Made by a program: the position numbers and the translations under genes | Shown: piece by piece, positions 38,250 to 51,627 of the stretch | Numbering within the stretch: the stretch's first letter is position 1 | How the letters are laid out: every line of letters begins with the position of its first letter | The notes under the pieces: model-generated | What the model was told of the DNA's origin: nothing | Databases searched by the model: none | The model's input: only the letters and a program-made list of their open reading frames with translations | Source of the DNA: Octopus vulgaris | Lineage: Eukaryota | DNA: 64,000 nucleotides | Reading direction: 5' to 3' | Assembly: GCA_951406725.2 (NCBI GenBank) | Contig: OX597823.1 | Location: forward strand, 41,726,001-41,790,000

Positions 38250-38567
38250 GAAAGGGGTTGATTGCTACCTAACTCAGATACCAGGAAACCCCAAAATGGC
38301 AGAAATTCAAAAGATAGTGCTCATGGGAACTGCTCATATCCTACGCAAAATACTCTCTATGTAATTTCAAGGTTTAAAACAAACTTTTTCTTTTCTTTTT
38401 TTTAATTTATTTATTAGACATTCACTAGTACAACACCAAAAAAAACCCCCCAAATATATGGCACACTAGGCATAACAACAACGTGAACTTCCAACCTGTT
38501 GTCTCTTGAGGTCTCTGGGTGAGACTTGGAGCCAACTTGTACAAACATAAAGCAAAAGTCAAACATA

Positions 38568-38568
<1 letters not shown>
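38250..38568 (+). mobile_element. R4/Dong-type 3' end (fourth coding family) in (AAT)n
   Basis: It encodes KGVDCYLTQIPGNPKMAEIQKIVLMGTAHILRKILSM* (stop 38362-38364), followed by a 200-bp 3' UTR. (AAT)n flanks it. Confidence 0.87.
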
Positions 38569-38602
<34 letters not shown>

Positions 38603-39199
38603 TGCACCATAATCCACTGTTCATAAACCAGTCAGGTAAATCTGAATTACCAAACACATCTAGACAACATCTGGAATGTAATCAATACTAGTATAGAAAA
38701 CAATTGGTTGTATTTCCTTTTTGCCCAGCAACTAATCTAACATATTCTTCTATTAATACATAAACATAAATGTAATAACATATCTCTTCATTCTTGATGT
38801 TCTCTGGAAGATTTGTTTATGAGTATCTGATTGTGGTATGTTTTCCATCATTGGAGCACACCTTCTCCTTTAGGTGATGTATTCATAACACCTGATTTAC
38901 TGATGTAAGGAGACTTTGATACACTACATGTTTTTATCTAGTGTGTGTCTCCTCAGTGAAAGCTGCTTCACTATGCTGATGTAACTAAAAGTAATAGTGT
39001 ATGTGCCCATGCTTTATATACCCTGACAGATTCAAACATAAATACCTGATTGCTGTTATATTATGTCACCAGAGGACACATCCTTTCCTTTGACAAGGAG
39101 TCTCTAAAGGTGTTTTAAAGTCTCATTACATCAATGCATCCCCTCCTCACTGTGATGGGAACGCTAGCAACGGGTAGTGTCAGAGCTATGCTGCCGGGA

Positions 39200-39510
39200 A
39201 CTTCAGTTCCTGGTAGGACCACTTAAGGCGGATTGGTCTGACACGAGTGGTATTAGGGCCACAACCCGGCAGACAGGGCTCTGGGGAAAATCCTCGCAGT
39301 GTCTGCTCTGGCAACAGGTGGCTCTTTGGTCATTCTGTCCTGGTGTCTGCAGACAATCTGCGTCAAACAGGATGTCTCTACATGCAGGATTGTTGGGGAC
39401 CACTTGTGAAATCCACATATTCCCACGAAACTTCTTCCATGAATTATCAATGAGGATAATAGAAGAAGCCGACTCAACCCGCCCAGGCTGAATGTTGCCA
39501 CAAGTACAAG
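39200..39510 (-). mobile_element. Probable RTE-type LINE fragment (post-RT region)
   Basis: The minus-strand peptide CGFHKWSPT...ETSCLTQIVCRHQDRMTKEPPVARAD resembles YGCETW...CLRRILGIxWQDRITNEEVLxRA. The block is GC-richer than its flanks. Confidence 0.4.
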
Positions 39511-40687
39511 TAAGTAGTAATGCATCACATGTCATGAACCCACTTCAATTAAAGAAACACATTTTCTTAAGAAAGCAAGTGTTCTCTGATGATGAAAAAA
39601 CAACAGAGATCAAATAGCCACATTCGAATTTGCAAGAACATATCAAGAATGAATTATTTGAGCTCTTACTACTCTACACGCACCCAATGAATTACATAAA
39701 CAAATATTTTCAAGGGATGTGTCAAACACTTTTAAAAATGCACTGTACATGCTTGTGATACTCAGATAGATGGAGAATAAAATGAACTCCATATATTATT
39801 TACAAATTTTTTTTTTGTATTGCATTTGAATAAAGACTATTAGAACTTCCATTGTAGACTTTTCCCTATTTTTCCCATTTAAGATTTTTAATTTAAAGTA
39901 GCAGTTTTTGTTGATAGAATTTAAACATTCCAAAATAAATTAACTAACTCTTCTATTATTATGTGTGTTGTATATATATATATACACATAAATAAATACA
40001 TGTATGTGAGTGTGTGTGTGTGCATGTATATGTGTATGTACAATGCCTCATCCATGTGTATCTCTTCTGTACATACACACATGCATGTTTGTCAGTGTTT
40101 TCATGTGTGCATGTGTGCATGTGCGTGTGCAGAGGAAACAAGATGAAATAAATGTATAGAAGAATGTTAGAAATCCTGAGAAATGTATATCATAGAGGTA
40201 AGAGTAAAAGCAAGAACGATTTTTCAGGAATGGGAAGAGAAAAAGAAAATGAATTATGGGAAAGAATTAAGGCTTAATTTCTTGAATTTCTAATTGTTTC
40301 CGATTAGAGATTGTATTATTTGTAAAAGAAGTAATAGCAAAAACCAAACATAAACAGGACATTTATGGTTAAGTGATGAGTAATTACTTGAATAGTAAAT
40401 GATGCAATTAGGGAAAGAGGTGACATCGAAGGTTAGGTAGTGAATAAATTGCAGCTGCAAACAATTACCATGTATCGTGCATTAAACTGATAGTTTGGGG
40501 AATTTAAAGCCAGCTCAGTATCAAGCAATAAAATGGTCTTGATTTGTATTATTATTCCAATCGCATACGTGATAATTCTTCTTTCCTTTATACCTGTACA
40601 GGCCTGTGAATACTGATACACATTAAAATTCTATCTTTCTTTTTCACTCTCTCACTTACTCTAACTAAATATCACACACACACATTC

Positions 40688-40714
40688 AGATAGATAGATA
40701 GATAGATAGATAGG

Positions 40715-40750
<36 letters not shown>

Positions 40751-40753
40751 CAA

Positions 40754-40825
<72 letters not shown>

Positions 40826-40826
40826 T

Positions 40827-40878
<52 letters not shown>
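40688..40878. repeat. (GATA)n tetranucleotide microsatellite
   Basis: About 190 bp of nearly pure AGAT repeat. Confidence 0.98.
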
Positions 40879-41104
40879 GCTTTTATTTGTTTCAGTGCCT
40901 TAAAATGTATTAATTGAACAAATCAACCAGCAATTACGTTTTATGCGAGTACTTGTAGCAGTCTCTTTTGCCAAACTTCTAAGTAATGGTGATATAAACA
41001 AAGTGTGGAGAGGGGTTGACAAGCAGAGACACAAACATACACACAAACACACATATACATATACACATACATACATTCACACACACATACACTTTCACAC
41101 ACAC

Positions 41105-41690
41105 TTGCGTGGTGTAATAACTGAAGTTTCAAGATTTCTTCAGGAGAGACATTTATTTAATTTCAAAGAAGTACAAAATTCTAATCTTCTTTAAACTAGG
41201 CTCCTCTCACTTCAGTGCACTTGTTGCACTACTCCAGCCACTTTGTGAGGGTCTCATGGCTGTCCTCCAAAGAGCACCCTAAGATCCTTATCACAGCTTC
41301 CTTCATCTTCTCAATGCCTTTAAATGACTGTCTCTGAGGTCCTGCTCCAGCTTGGAGAACAACCAAAAGTCACAGAGAGCAGGGTCCAAATTATAAGGAA
41401 GGTGAAGGATAGTTTTGATGCCCATCTCTGTCAAGTAGTTGGTTACCAGGATGAAACTGTCGACTGGTGCATCGTCCTGGATCAGGTGTCACTGACTTGA
41501 GAGGAAGAGCTCTGGTCTTTCACAATGGAATCTGTATCTGGACTCTCTCAGTACCTCCACAAAGTAATGTCCTTGTTGACTGTCTGGAATTCCGTGGATG
41601 TAGATAATAACCCAGCAGTCAGAAAAGGGGATCCTCATAAGCTTGCTGATGGATTTGATTTGCATGACCTCTTGTGCCAGCAAAAAACAG
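41105..41690 (-). mobile_element. mariner (DD34D) transposon relic
   Basis: The minus strand encodes KSISKLMRIPFSDCWVIIYIH...YFVEVLRESRYRFHCERPELF...QDDAPVDSFILVTNYLTEMGIKTILHLPYNLDPALCDFWLFSKL. This includes a decayed YSPDLAPCD motif and a 34-residue D-D spacing. Confidence 0.88.
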
Positions 41691-41699
41691 ATGCTCAGC

Positions 41700-41780
41700 T
41701 TATACAAGTTAATCCATAAGCATCCCATGTCTTTTTGGGTCTCCCTCTTCTGCAGGTGCCATCAAAATATATTTCATATT
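41700..41780 (-). mobile_element. RTE C-terminal fragment
   Basis: The minus strand encodes DGTCRRGRPKKTWD. Confidence 0.65.
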
Positions 41781-43169
41781 TTATATAAACAAGGATGGGG
41801 TTCCAGCATGGCCCCCAGCTTTTGGCTGAAACCAATACAATAATGAACATAGAACACTCACATACAATACCCAAAGTTTTCCAGCAAATCACAATTATGA
41901 GTTTATCTGATTTCTAATTGGCAGTTAACACTTGTTCCACCATTCATCAGCTTTTGAGTGAAGCCCTTGAAAATAGAACCTCATTTTCCTTGCTATAATT
42001 TACCCTGTATAGATCTAAGTTAATGTTCTTCCTATAATGGCTTCATACAACAACTGATGAACTGTGACATGTGAGTTAATTGCCTCTTTGAAATCAGATA
42101 ACTTTGTAGCTATGGCTTACCAGGAAACTCTGAGTACTGTCTAATATATCAGGTATATACATGTGTGTATATGTGTGTATGTTTGTGTGGATATATGTGT
42201 GTGTATATACATATATACACACACATACTCTGTATTTTCATTCATATGCCAAACCTGGGGAACTAATTTGTTTAGTTTTGAGTCTCCCAAAAATGACACA
42301 AGTTCATATATTCCCATGCATATGTACAAATATGCATACATGCATAAATACATACATGCATAAATACATTCATGCATATATACTTGCATTAATGCATACC
42401 AAATATATACATGCACAGATTCATACATATATGCATGTGTTTGTGTGTGCCTGCTTATATATGCATAACTTTTTTATCTCAAATTTAGAAATATAAACCT
42501 GGTGTAATAATTTCTAAAGATTTTAGAATCCAATAAAATCTTATGTATTTGTATGTCTGTGTGTGTATGTATATATATATACACACATATTCATGTATAT
42601 ATATATATACATACACATACACTTATGTTAATGTGTCTATGTTAATATTATCCTCTAAAGATTTGTGTCTAAAACATTTTCATGCTTGGAGTATATTTTG
42701 TCTGACTGGAGAATGATATTTCAGCAAGTGGTGCAACTGACAATATAACAACTGGTTTTGAGTTTATTGAGTCTCTTCATTGTTACATGCCACCATTCCA
42801 TGGTATGCCAGGGGGATATCATGGAGCTACTAATAAATGATGTGTTGGACAGTTGCTGGTGTGAATCTGACAAAGATTTATGGAACAAATTACGTACAAT
42901 TCCATACATATGGTAATCAAATAACTCTGAATATATTAAAACATTTTAATTCTTTCACATATTAAGCTATTTCTATAGCATTCTGTGTGAAGTAGTTTGG
43001 CTTAGCTAGAGTTTTCTCACCTATTTCTTGTATCCTGAGGGGTTGGCATTTAAAACTGAGACTGGCTTCTGAAATTTTAGATTTTAAACGCCAGTCTTGT
43101 GCAAAAGTATATTTATGACATTATCATCATCATCATCATCATCGTCATCTTCATTATCATATCATCGTG

Positions 43170-43548
43170 CCTTCATCATCATTCTAACATCTCTTTCTCC
43201 ATGCTTGCCTGGATTAAACAAAGCTCAATGAAGCAGACTTTCTACAGTCAGATTCCTTTCCTATCACCAACTCTCGTTTATTTTCAAGCAAGGTAATATT
43301 TCTCCATAGCTAAATTGGAAATGAATGATGGTTACTTATCACATGATATCAAAACAAGGCAACACATGACACACACACACACACACACACACAATATGCT
43401 TCTTTGCGTTTCCATCAACCATGTCCACTCACAAGGCATTGGTTAGCATGGGGTTATAATAGAAGACACTTATCCAAGTGCTCTGCAGTGAGACTGAACT
43501 CGAAACCACTTGGATGGTAAGCAAGCTTCTAAACCTCAGCCATACCAG
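43170..43548 (-). mobile_element. Family-A SINE with internal (CA)n and RTE-like tail, decayed
   Basis: The head remnant reads CCACTCACAAGGC...AGAAGACACTTATCCAAG. The tail lies next to (CAT)n. Confidence 0.7.
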
Positions 43549-43689
43549 TATCTGTCAACAGGTGTAAATTTTAAACCTGGGTTACACTTGTTTATGTCAT
43601 GCTTAGTCATGACCTAAACAAGTGCTGTTATTGTCATATGGCAAGGAAATTGTTTTATATCTAGTTTTATATGGTTTGTCCAGAGACTG

Positions 43690-44100
43690 AATGACTGATT
43701 TTATGAGAAGTAGGAACTTCAACCATGTTTTGTGGTCTGCTACCACAACAGCTCCTTCATAGGATCCAGTTAGCTCAAGACATCATCAGGAGGAACCATG
43801 TCCGGTTTCGGCCCCTACTCCTCTACCATCTTGATGTGGTGCCCCCCCCCCCCCAGTTTCAGAGGTATCTTCAGCTCTGGTTGAGTACATGTCTTCTTTC
43901 TCCTTCTTTCTTCTGTTCCCTGGCCTCTTCGATGTAGTGTCAAGGAGTATCAACGGGCAACTGACTGTCTTGTCAAATTTCCCTTTAAATACCTGCTGCT
44001 AGGCTCCAGCAGGCAGCCCCAGAAAGTTGTCACGTGGCACTGTCTCAACTTTAACTGACCAATGGAGGGTGCTTAGTCTTAGCCCATGCATTCTCTAAAC
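43690..44100 (-). mobile_element. Possible Penelope-like terminal repeat (promoter-like motifs plus hammerhead-like cores)
   Basis: The minus-strand order is ATTGG, CACGTG, TATTTAAA, CTGAAGA...GGCCGAAACCggacatGGTT, CTGATGA. It is GC-richer than its flanks. Confidence 0.4.
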
Positions 44101-45514
44101 GAGGCCTGTCAATTTGAGATGCTACTTCAGTGTCAGCCTGTCTTACATAGTGATGTTATTTTCCTGCTGGCATGTTATGACTTTCAAGCCATTTTTGGTC
44201 TTCCCACTTCAGCCATATAGAGAAGCTGATAAGATATAGTATAACCACAAACATAGTAAAGATGTTATAGTAATGAGTTCACTGTATACAGAGCTCAGGT
44301 GTCTTTGATTTTTTTGGAAGAGGGTAAATGGAAGAACAAAAAACAGCTTTAAGTCAAGTAAAGAAAGGCAACAGTAAATGTTAGAAGTACATGTACTCTA
44401 TATAGGATAAAACACAAAAAGACAAAAAACAAATATTAACAGTAAAAGAGCCTTGAAGAGGAAAGGGTGTATAGCTATACTGGGAGTAGTGTTGCCAAAT
44501 TTCAAGAAGCATGGCATTGTTAAAGAATGCACACTACGTTTTTTTATTTTACAAGCTTGTCTATAGGTGGTAGGGATATTTTTACTATTAATCAAATAAT
44601 TATTGTCAACAAAAAAAAAAGATTCAGTAGAGTTGAAGTTAAGGTTCTTTATTATAGTTATGTCTTAAGATCTTGACTAAACTCCATTATATCATTATGT
44701 TGTAACCTTTGGTATGTCTCTTAATTTTCTTGGCTTCGTTATGTTTGACTGATGATGAATTCCATTCTCCGTTCATGGAAATACAGTTAGCAAGAAAAAC
44801 AATCATTCAAGAATACATAAATATCTATTTATTATTATTTTTTAAAAAATTAAAACATCTCATCCATTCTTATATGAATAATACATTTAAAATGGGTCAA
44901 AATAAATATTTGCATTTTGCATAAGTATGAAAGATTAATCAAACTTTATTATATGTTCATTGTTGGTTGAAGATGGATGCAAGTAAGTTTGGTCTGAACC
45001 AGATAATTGAATAATCAAAGTATAATTTTCTGTTGAAGCAAAATATTATTTGTTCAAACTTGGTCGAAAAATTTAGATAACAAATAGCGATTTTTGGTAA
45101 TGTGTGTCCATAGTTATTCAATATACTATTGTATCATTAGTTAATAAAACTAAAACAGGAAGACAAACTTTTATTCCAGAAAAGCTTTTTAAACAAAGAT
45201 AAAAGTGAATGAAAGATGAGTTAAAATTCCATCCTTTCACTATTTTAGATGCAGTAAATTTTACAGCAGTAAAAAAACTAAAAAAATTAATACTGATAAT
45301 TGTCAGCATAATTAATCTGGAATTTTCTCATATTGAATACTTAACTAAAAAAGAATCTCAAAAACAAGGAGTAAATGTAAAGAAATGTAAAGAAAGGGTA
45401 ACTTTTGGCTTATAATTATTATTATTTTTTTTTTCTTGTTAACTATTCAAACTATTTAATGTCTAAGATCAGAACCATCTACATATGTAAGAGTAACTGT
45501 GTGTCTGTGTGTGC

Positions 45515-45760
45515 ACGTTCTTATCCAGCACAGCATCTTAACCTCTTCTTCTGATCCTTTGTTACATCCTTCACAAGGCTCAACTTGTTCACCACTTCCG
45601 ACTCTGGCTTCCTTAGCCTCATGTTCCTTCCATTTGAATCACATGGCACTTCTTTACCAAACTGACATCTTCTATATACATCTCCAATCTCTGCAAGCTC
45701 AATCTTCTCTCTTACCATACCACACCACACCTAAATCTTGTTAAATCAAATTTTCTCTCA
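45515..45760 (-). mobile_element. Highly decayed RTE C-terminal fragment
   Basis: The minus-strand peptide ...GRNMRLRKPESEVVNKLSLVKDVTKDQKK parallels the RTE end at 15410-15568. Confidence 0.5.
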
Positions 45761-45865
45761 ACTTATTTGTGCTCCTTTATTCATGCACTCTAGCATTATA
45801 CACCTATATTATAATTTATCAGGAATAATGAAATTTGGTAGTGGTGGTGGTGGTTTGTCACACAA

Positions 45866-45901
<36 letters not shown>

Positions 45902-47480
45902 GTGTGAGAGTGCACATAAATATAGTGACTTTTTTAAAAATCATAATTTGGGTTCCTGTAGAGATTATATTTAGATCTATGAAAAATAACTTTGAAAACT
46001 ATTTGAAGAACCAGCTCTGGTTCCATTGTTTTGCTTGTGTAAGGATGCAGCAATATAAGCAGAATATATGTGAAAGTATGATCAAGAGAAAGAAGAGAGA
46101 AGTATGTGAGATAAGATGAAACAAAATCTATTTCTGTATTGTATTTTAAAGAATGATATATATTACACAATGATATATCGATAGAAATAAGTTGTGCTCT
46201 TATGTATGCAAGTATGCTTGTGTGTGTTTGCATAGGTGTGGGTATGTATGTGTGCACACACATGTATTTTCGTATGTACAAATGTATGTATGAATATATG
46301 TAGATATGCATGTATGTAAGTACAAATGTATGTCTGTGCATTTATGTGTGTGTTTGCTTGCACATGTGTGTGTGTGTTTGCACATGTGCTTATGTATATG
46401 AAAGCATGTAAGTGTGTGTACACCAATGTTTCTATGTGTATATATTTGTGTGTGTTTTATTTAACTTTTTTTTTATTCCTTTAAATTGTAAACTTTAATA
46501 TGATTTATGCTATTTATGTGGGCCATGTTTCCAATATGTAAATGTGACAGTTAAAACTAAGATCAATAGTGCTATTTAGCTTTGATCTGCATACTTGCTA
46601 ATCAACTGGTATTGTACACCCTGTATGAATGCATATGCGTATGCATGCGCTTGCATAAGTTTGGCTATATACATACATGCACACACACACACACACTCAT
46701 ATGGATTTTTGATCTTCATACACAGGATAAATTTCCTTTCATATATACATATATCTACCTGAGTATGCAAACATATGGATACAATCAGGTATACTTGGAG
46801 ACATGTACATTTACATATGAATACATGTAGATATTTATAAGTATACACACATGCACACCGATACATTAACTGTACAGCCATGCCTGACAGAGGAATGACT
46901 GTATGATTAAGAAATTCACTTTGCAACCAGAGTTTTAGGTTCAGTTCCACTGTGTAACACCTTTCTAGAACTTTTAATTGACCAAAGTTTGTGAGTAGAT
47001 TTGGTTGACAGAAACTGAAACAAGCCTATCATGTATACATAAATGTATGTGTATGAATTCTGCTTATGTATATATGTATATGTATTTGTGTGTATCAGCA
47101 TGATGTCACCATCTGTAACTGTTCTGTCAACATTGAACATTTGTTGACTATTCTTATCAACAGATTATTTGTTAGATTTGTATTTTTTAATTTCTGAGGA
47201 ATAAAAACATCCTTTGCTCATAAAATAGATAAATGTTGGTGATTGGAAGGGCATCTAGTTATAAAAATCCTGCCTCAAGAACCTCTCTATTTAACACATG
47301 ATGGCATGGGAATATGAATTTTTAATGAAATATTTATATATAAGACAAATTTTTTTCATGTTTGTTGCACACAATCATCTTTGCTAGTATATACGCAGTG
47401 AAGCTATACAATAGCGTCGTATTTATTACAATTGCTATTTTCCAGTAAATATCGGTGCCTCGTTGTACCTTTTATTTACT

Positions 47481-47536
<56 letters not shown>

Positions 47537-48321
47537 GAGGGAGAGAGAGTGAAAGAGAGAGAAAGCTAGACAGACACTCATACACATATACATGCATGTT
47601 TGTGTGTATACATATATCTATAAATACACCACCAGTACTAAGGTATAACTGGACATACCTGAAGATCACAGTGGTATAAAACTTGAGTCACAAGACAAAC
47701 TTTCAATTTTGGTTTCAATAAAAATGCTATTTTCTCTACATGTATTGTGCTCACCTCTCTTGTTTCTCTGAAATAAATGAATGAATGTATGTGTGTTTGT
47801 GTGCGCCTATGCATATGTATGTGCATGTGTGTGTATGTGTAAGTATCTGTATAGTTACGTATGAATATGGAAGCCTTAAAAAATATATTTCTCAATCTCT
47901 CCTATATACACATAGAAAATTGTATGCATACATATATTCATACCTACACACACACACACATTCATGCATACACATGTGCTCAAATATTCATGAGTGTGCC
48001 TGTGTATGTACTGCCAATCGCAAAAGCATATACTAAGTTCATTTTGTTTATCAATGGCTTATGTTCAACAAATTATTTGTCATTTCATGGCACAGTAATA
48101 AATGACTGAAATTCTTGAAAAATGAAGTAAAAAGCATTGAAGTACTTTCGGTTTCCATCAGCCAAATCCATCATAAGGGTTTGTTCAGCCTGAGGCTACA
48201 ATAGAAGACACTTGCCTAAGATGCTATGCAATGGAAGTGAATCTAGAACCATGTGATCAAGAAGCAAACTTCTTACCACACAGCCACACCTTTTGCACCT
48301 ACACACACACATATGTATACT

Positions 48322-48695
48322 CCTTTACTCTTTCACTCTTTTATTTACTTCAGTCATTTGACTGTGGTCATACTGGAGCACCACCTTTAGTCAAACAAAT
48401 CGATCCCAGATCTTATTCTTTGTAAACTTAGTACTTATTCTATCAGTTTCTTTTGTTGAGCTGCTAAATTATGGGGATGTAAACACACTAGCACCAGTTG
48501 TCAAGCAATGGTGGGGGGGGCATGACATATATGCGATGGGCTTCTTTCAGTTTCTATCTATCAAATCTACTCGCAAGGCTTTGGTTAGCCCGAGGCTAAA
48601 GGACAAGACACTTACTCAAGGTGCATGCAGTGGGACGGAACCCGGAATCATGTGGTTGGTAAGCAAGCTATTTGCCACACAGCTACTCCTGCACC
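48322..48695 (-). mobile_element. Family-A SINE, near full length
   Basis: It is the reverse complement of 51412-51838 over head and tail. A second partial head lies at about 48145-48299. Confidence 0.9.
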
Positions 48696-49556
48696 TACAT
48701 ATATATATGTAGACAAATAAATAGATAGATACAAATGTTCTTTACCCTCATGCACAGACGAATTTTTACAAATTGTGATTATTCATGAATTTTCTTCGAA
48801 GAATTTGTAAAGTATGTCATGTTCTTAAAGGATTAAAGGATAAAAATCTGGGTTACTCAGTTCAGTGAGAGCTTAATACAAAAGTTGTCAGTGCACATAT
48901 TAGTATACATGAATGTGCGTGCACCAAAAATTGTGTATGCTTGTGTATGCTTGTGTGTGAAGGTCGGGAGTTCGTGCATGCATGCAGGAAGTTTGAAAAT
49001 GCTACTAAAGTTACAAATGAACGAGTTTAAAGTTTAGTTTTCAAGAACACAAGTCGAAATTTCTTTGGTTTGTGATAGGTTAGAAATATAGCTTCTACAA
49101 TTATATCAACTCCAATATCTTCATATTTTTTAGACTACATTTTAAATGAAAAATGCTAAGTGTTGCCTAAATAAAATCTGAAATTTTAATGTGTGTGTAA
49201 GTGAGGTAAGCTATAGTTATGTAATATATGAACATTATATATGTGAGTTTGGAGAAGCACACAGTCTCATACACATACATATATCTATGCCGTATATATG
49301 CATAAGTGTAATTATACACACACGTACACATGCATATATACATATTTTTATATATGTATGTATATATTTTGTTATATATTTTTTAGGTGTGTATGTGTAC
49401 ATATGTGCATTTGATATGTGTATATGTATGTATACATGCGTTCATACACACAAGCACATGGCCCTACAACATTGGAAGTAATGCAAGCTGAGAGTTTTGT
49501 ATTTCAATGTGATGTTGAATATATGCATATGTGTGTGCGTGTGCATACATACATAC

Positions 49557-49631
<75 letters not shown>

Positions 49632-50301
49632 TATATAGATATATATAACTATAGACAGTTATAGATATACCCATGTAAATATACAGATGTATGGTTTCAT
49701 AGAAAATTTAATACATATCATCATGATTTTTGAGAGAGAGACACACCAGCAATTGAAACTTCTATTGTTCTATTCTTACTGAAAAAAGATTACACGTCTC
49801 TCAACTTATATGAGTTGTGATTTCAATCTCTAATTACAACCTATTTTTCTCCATGATAAATTATATCTCTGAAACTATCAAAAAATTATTCTTTTTATTG
49901 TCAGGTCATCTTTGTATTTTTTTTATTGTTTTATCATACCTTTTCTTTCCATTTCTTCATTTTTTCATTTTTTTTTCTACTTTTTCCTCCCAGTCATATT
50001 GACTTTATTTATTTTTTTTTTTTTCTTATCCGACTCTTGGATTCAATCAAAATATTTTAAGAAAAGTTTGAATTATTACAGAAAAAAGTATAAAAATATT
50101 GAATTCAAAACAAGTTTTCTTCCATAGATATTCATTTATCTATTTATTTGTTAAGATTTTCTTCTGTGAATGAAAACTTGTTTGTGAATGTGCTATTATG
50201 TGATATGAAATGGAGACAGCAAAATGGTTGAATGTTTCAGTAAAGGTGTTGTCAATATTTAGTGTGGCACCAAGTTTCAGCTTTAACACTTATATTTCAT
50301 G

Positions 50302-50500
50302 TAAAGGCTGTGAGCTAGCAAAAGCATTAGTGCATTGCACAAAATGTTTAGCAGAAATTTTTTCCAGCTCTTTACATTCTGAGTTCAGATGCAGCTAAGC
50401 TCAACTGTTGCCTTTCATCCTTTTTGGGTTGATAAAATAAAGTACAAGTTGAGTACTGGGGTTGATGTTGATGTAATCAACTAGACCCTCTCCAAATGTT
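50302..50500 (+). mobile_element. Family-B SINE, decayed
   Basis: It reads AAGGCTGTGAGCTAGCAAAAGCATTAG...TTGCCTTTCATCCTTTTTGGGTTGATAAAATAAAGTAC. Confidence 0.75.
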
Positions 50501-50610
50501 GGTTTTTTACCAAGATTATATTCCATATAAACTCTGCCTCGTGAAGCTACATTAGAGTCCTAATCAGAACAAATTAAGATATCTTTGAGATATCTAAACA
50601 GAGACATTAA

Positions 50611-50831
50611 CTCTTAAGCATTTAAACCAACCATAACCAGCCCGAATATCTTCCATGTTTTATGTTCAAACTAACCAGATCTGGCCGTTTTCATCTACTC
50701 TAAAATGTCATTCTAAAAATATAAAAGTACATCATCAAAATCTCAAAGCCCTGATTTAGTGTTTGATTAATTCGAAACAATGTGAATAAAAAAAACATTA
50801 TATTTGATAAAGTAATATGAAAGCTAAAGAG
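50611..50831 (-). mobile_element. piggyBac-type MITE (inverted homolog of 28206-28427)
   Basis: TTAA lies at 50607-50610 and 50832-50835. The termini are CTCTTAAGCATT and AAAGCTAAAGAG. Confidence 0.75.
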
Positions 50832-50844
50832 TTAAACATACGTA

Positions 50845-51012
50845 GGCACAGGAGTGGCTGGCTGTGTGGTAAGTAGCTTGCTTACCAACCACAGGGCCCC
50901 TGGGTTCAGTCCCACTGCATGGCACCTTGGGAAAATGTCATCTCCTGTAGCCTCAGGTCAACCAAAGCAGTGTGAGTGGATTTGGTAGATGGAAACTGAA
51001 AGAAGCCCGTTG

Positions 51013-51043
<31 letters not shown>

Positions 51044-51313
51044 TGCTAGTGCTGCTGGACTAACTCCTGTGCAGAGGTGACACATAAAAAGCACCATTTG
51101 AGCATGGCCATTGCCAGTACTGCCTGACTTGCCTTCATGCCGGTGGCACATAAAAGCATCCACTACTCTTTTGGAGTAGTTAGCATTAGGAAGGGCATCC
51201 AGCTGTAGAAACTCTGCCAGATCAGACTGGAGTCTGGTGCAGCCATCTGGTTTGCCAGACCTCAGTCAAATCGTCCAACCCATGCTAGCATGGAAAGCAG
51301 ACATTAAACGATG
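50845..51313 (+). mobile_element. Family-A SINE head joined to RTE 3' UTR tail
   Basis: It has a tRNA head, GGCACCTTGGGAAAATG, a (TA)(TG) spacer, then TTAGGAAGGGCATCCAGCTGTAGAAAC...GCATGGAAAGCAGACATTAAACGATGA. Confidence 0.88.
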
Positions 51314-51411
51314 AAAATAAGTACTAAGGTCAATTACTTCAGCTAAAATTCCTTGAGGCAGTACCCCAGTATGACCACCAGAGCCTAATGACTGAAACAA
51401 ATAAAAGATAA

Positions 51412-51576
51412 GGTGCAGGAGTGGCTGTGTGGTAAGTAGCTTACTTACAAACCACATGGTTCCGGGTTCAGTCCCACTGCATGGCATCTTGGGCAAGTGT
51501 CTTCTGCTATAGCCCCGGGCTGACCAATGCTTTGTGAGTGGATTTGGTAGATGGAAACTGAAAGAAGCCTGTCGTA

Positions 51577-51627
<51 letters not shown>

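Noticed and set aside
39454-39515. Strong donor-like CAA|GTAAGT at 39510 as the end of a plus-strand exon
   Set aside because: The upstream frames contain stops, and there is no good acceptor or Sushi-like sequence.
42680-42910. Possible Tc1 transposase remnant on the minus strand (PATVQH, IILQSDK)
   Set aside because: It is too decayed to support beyond a guess.
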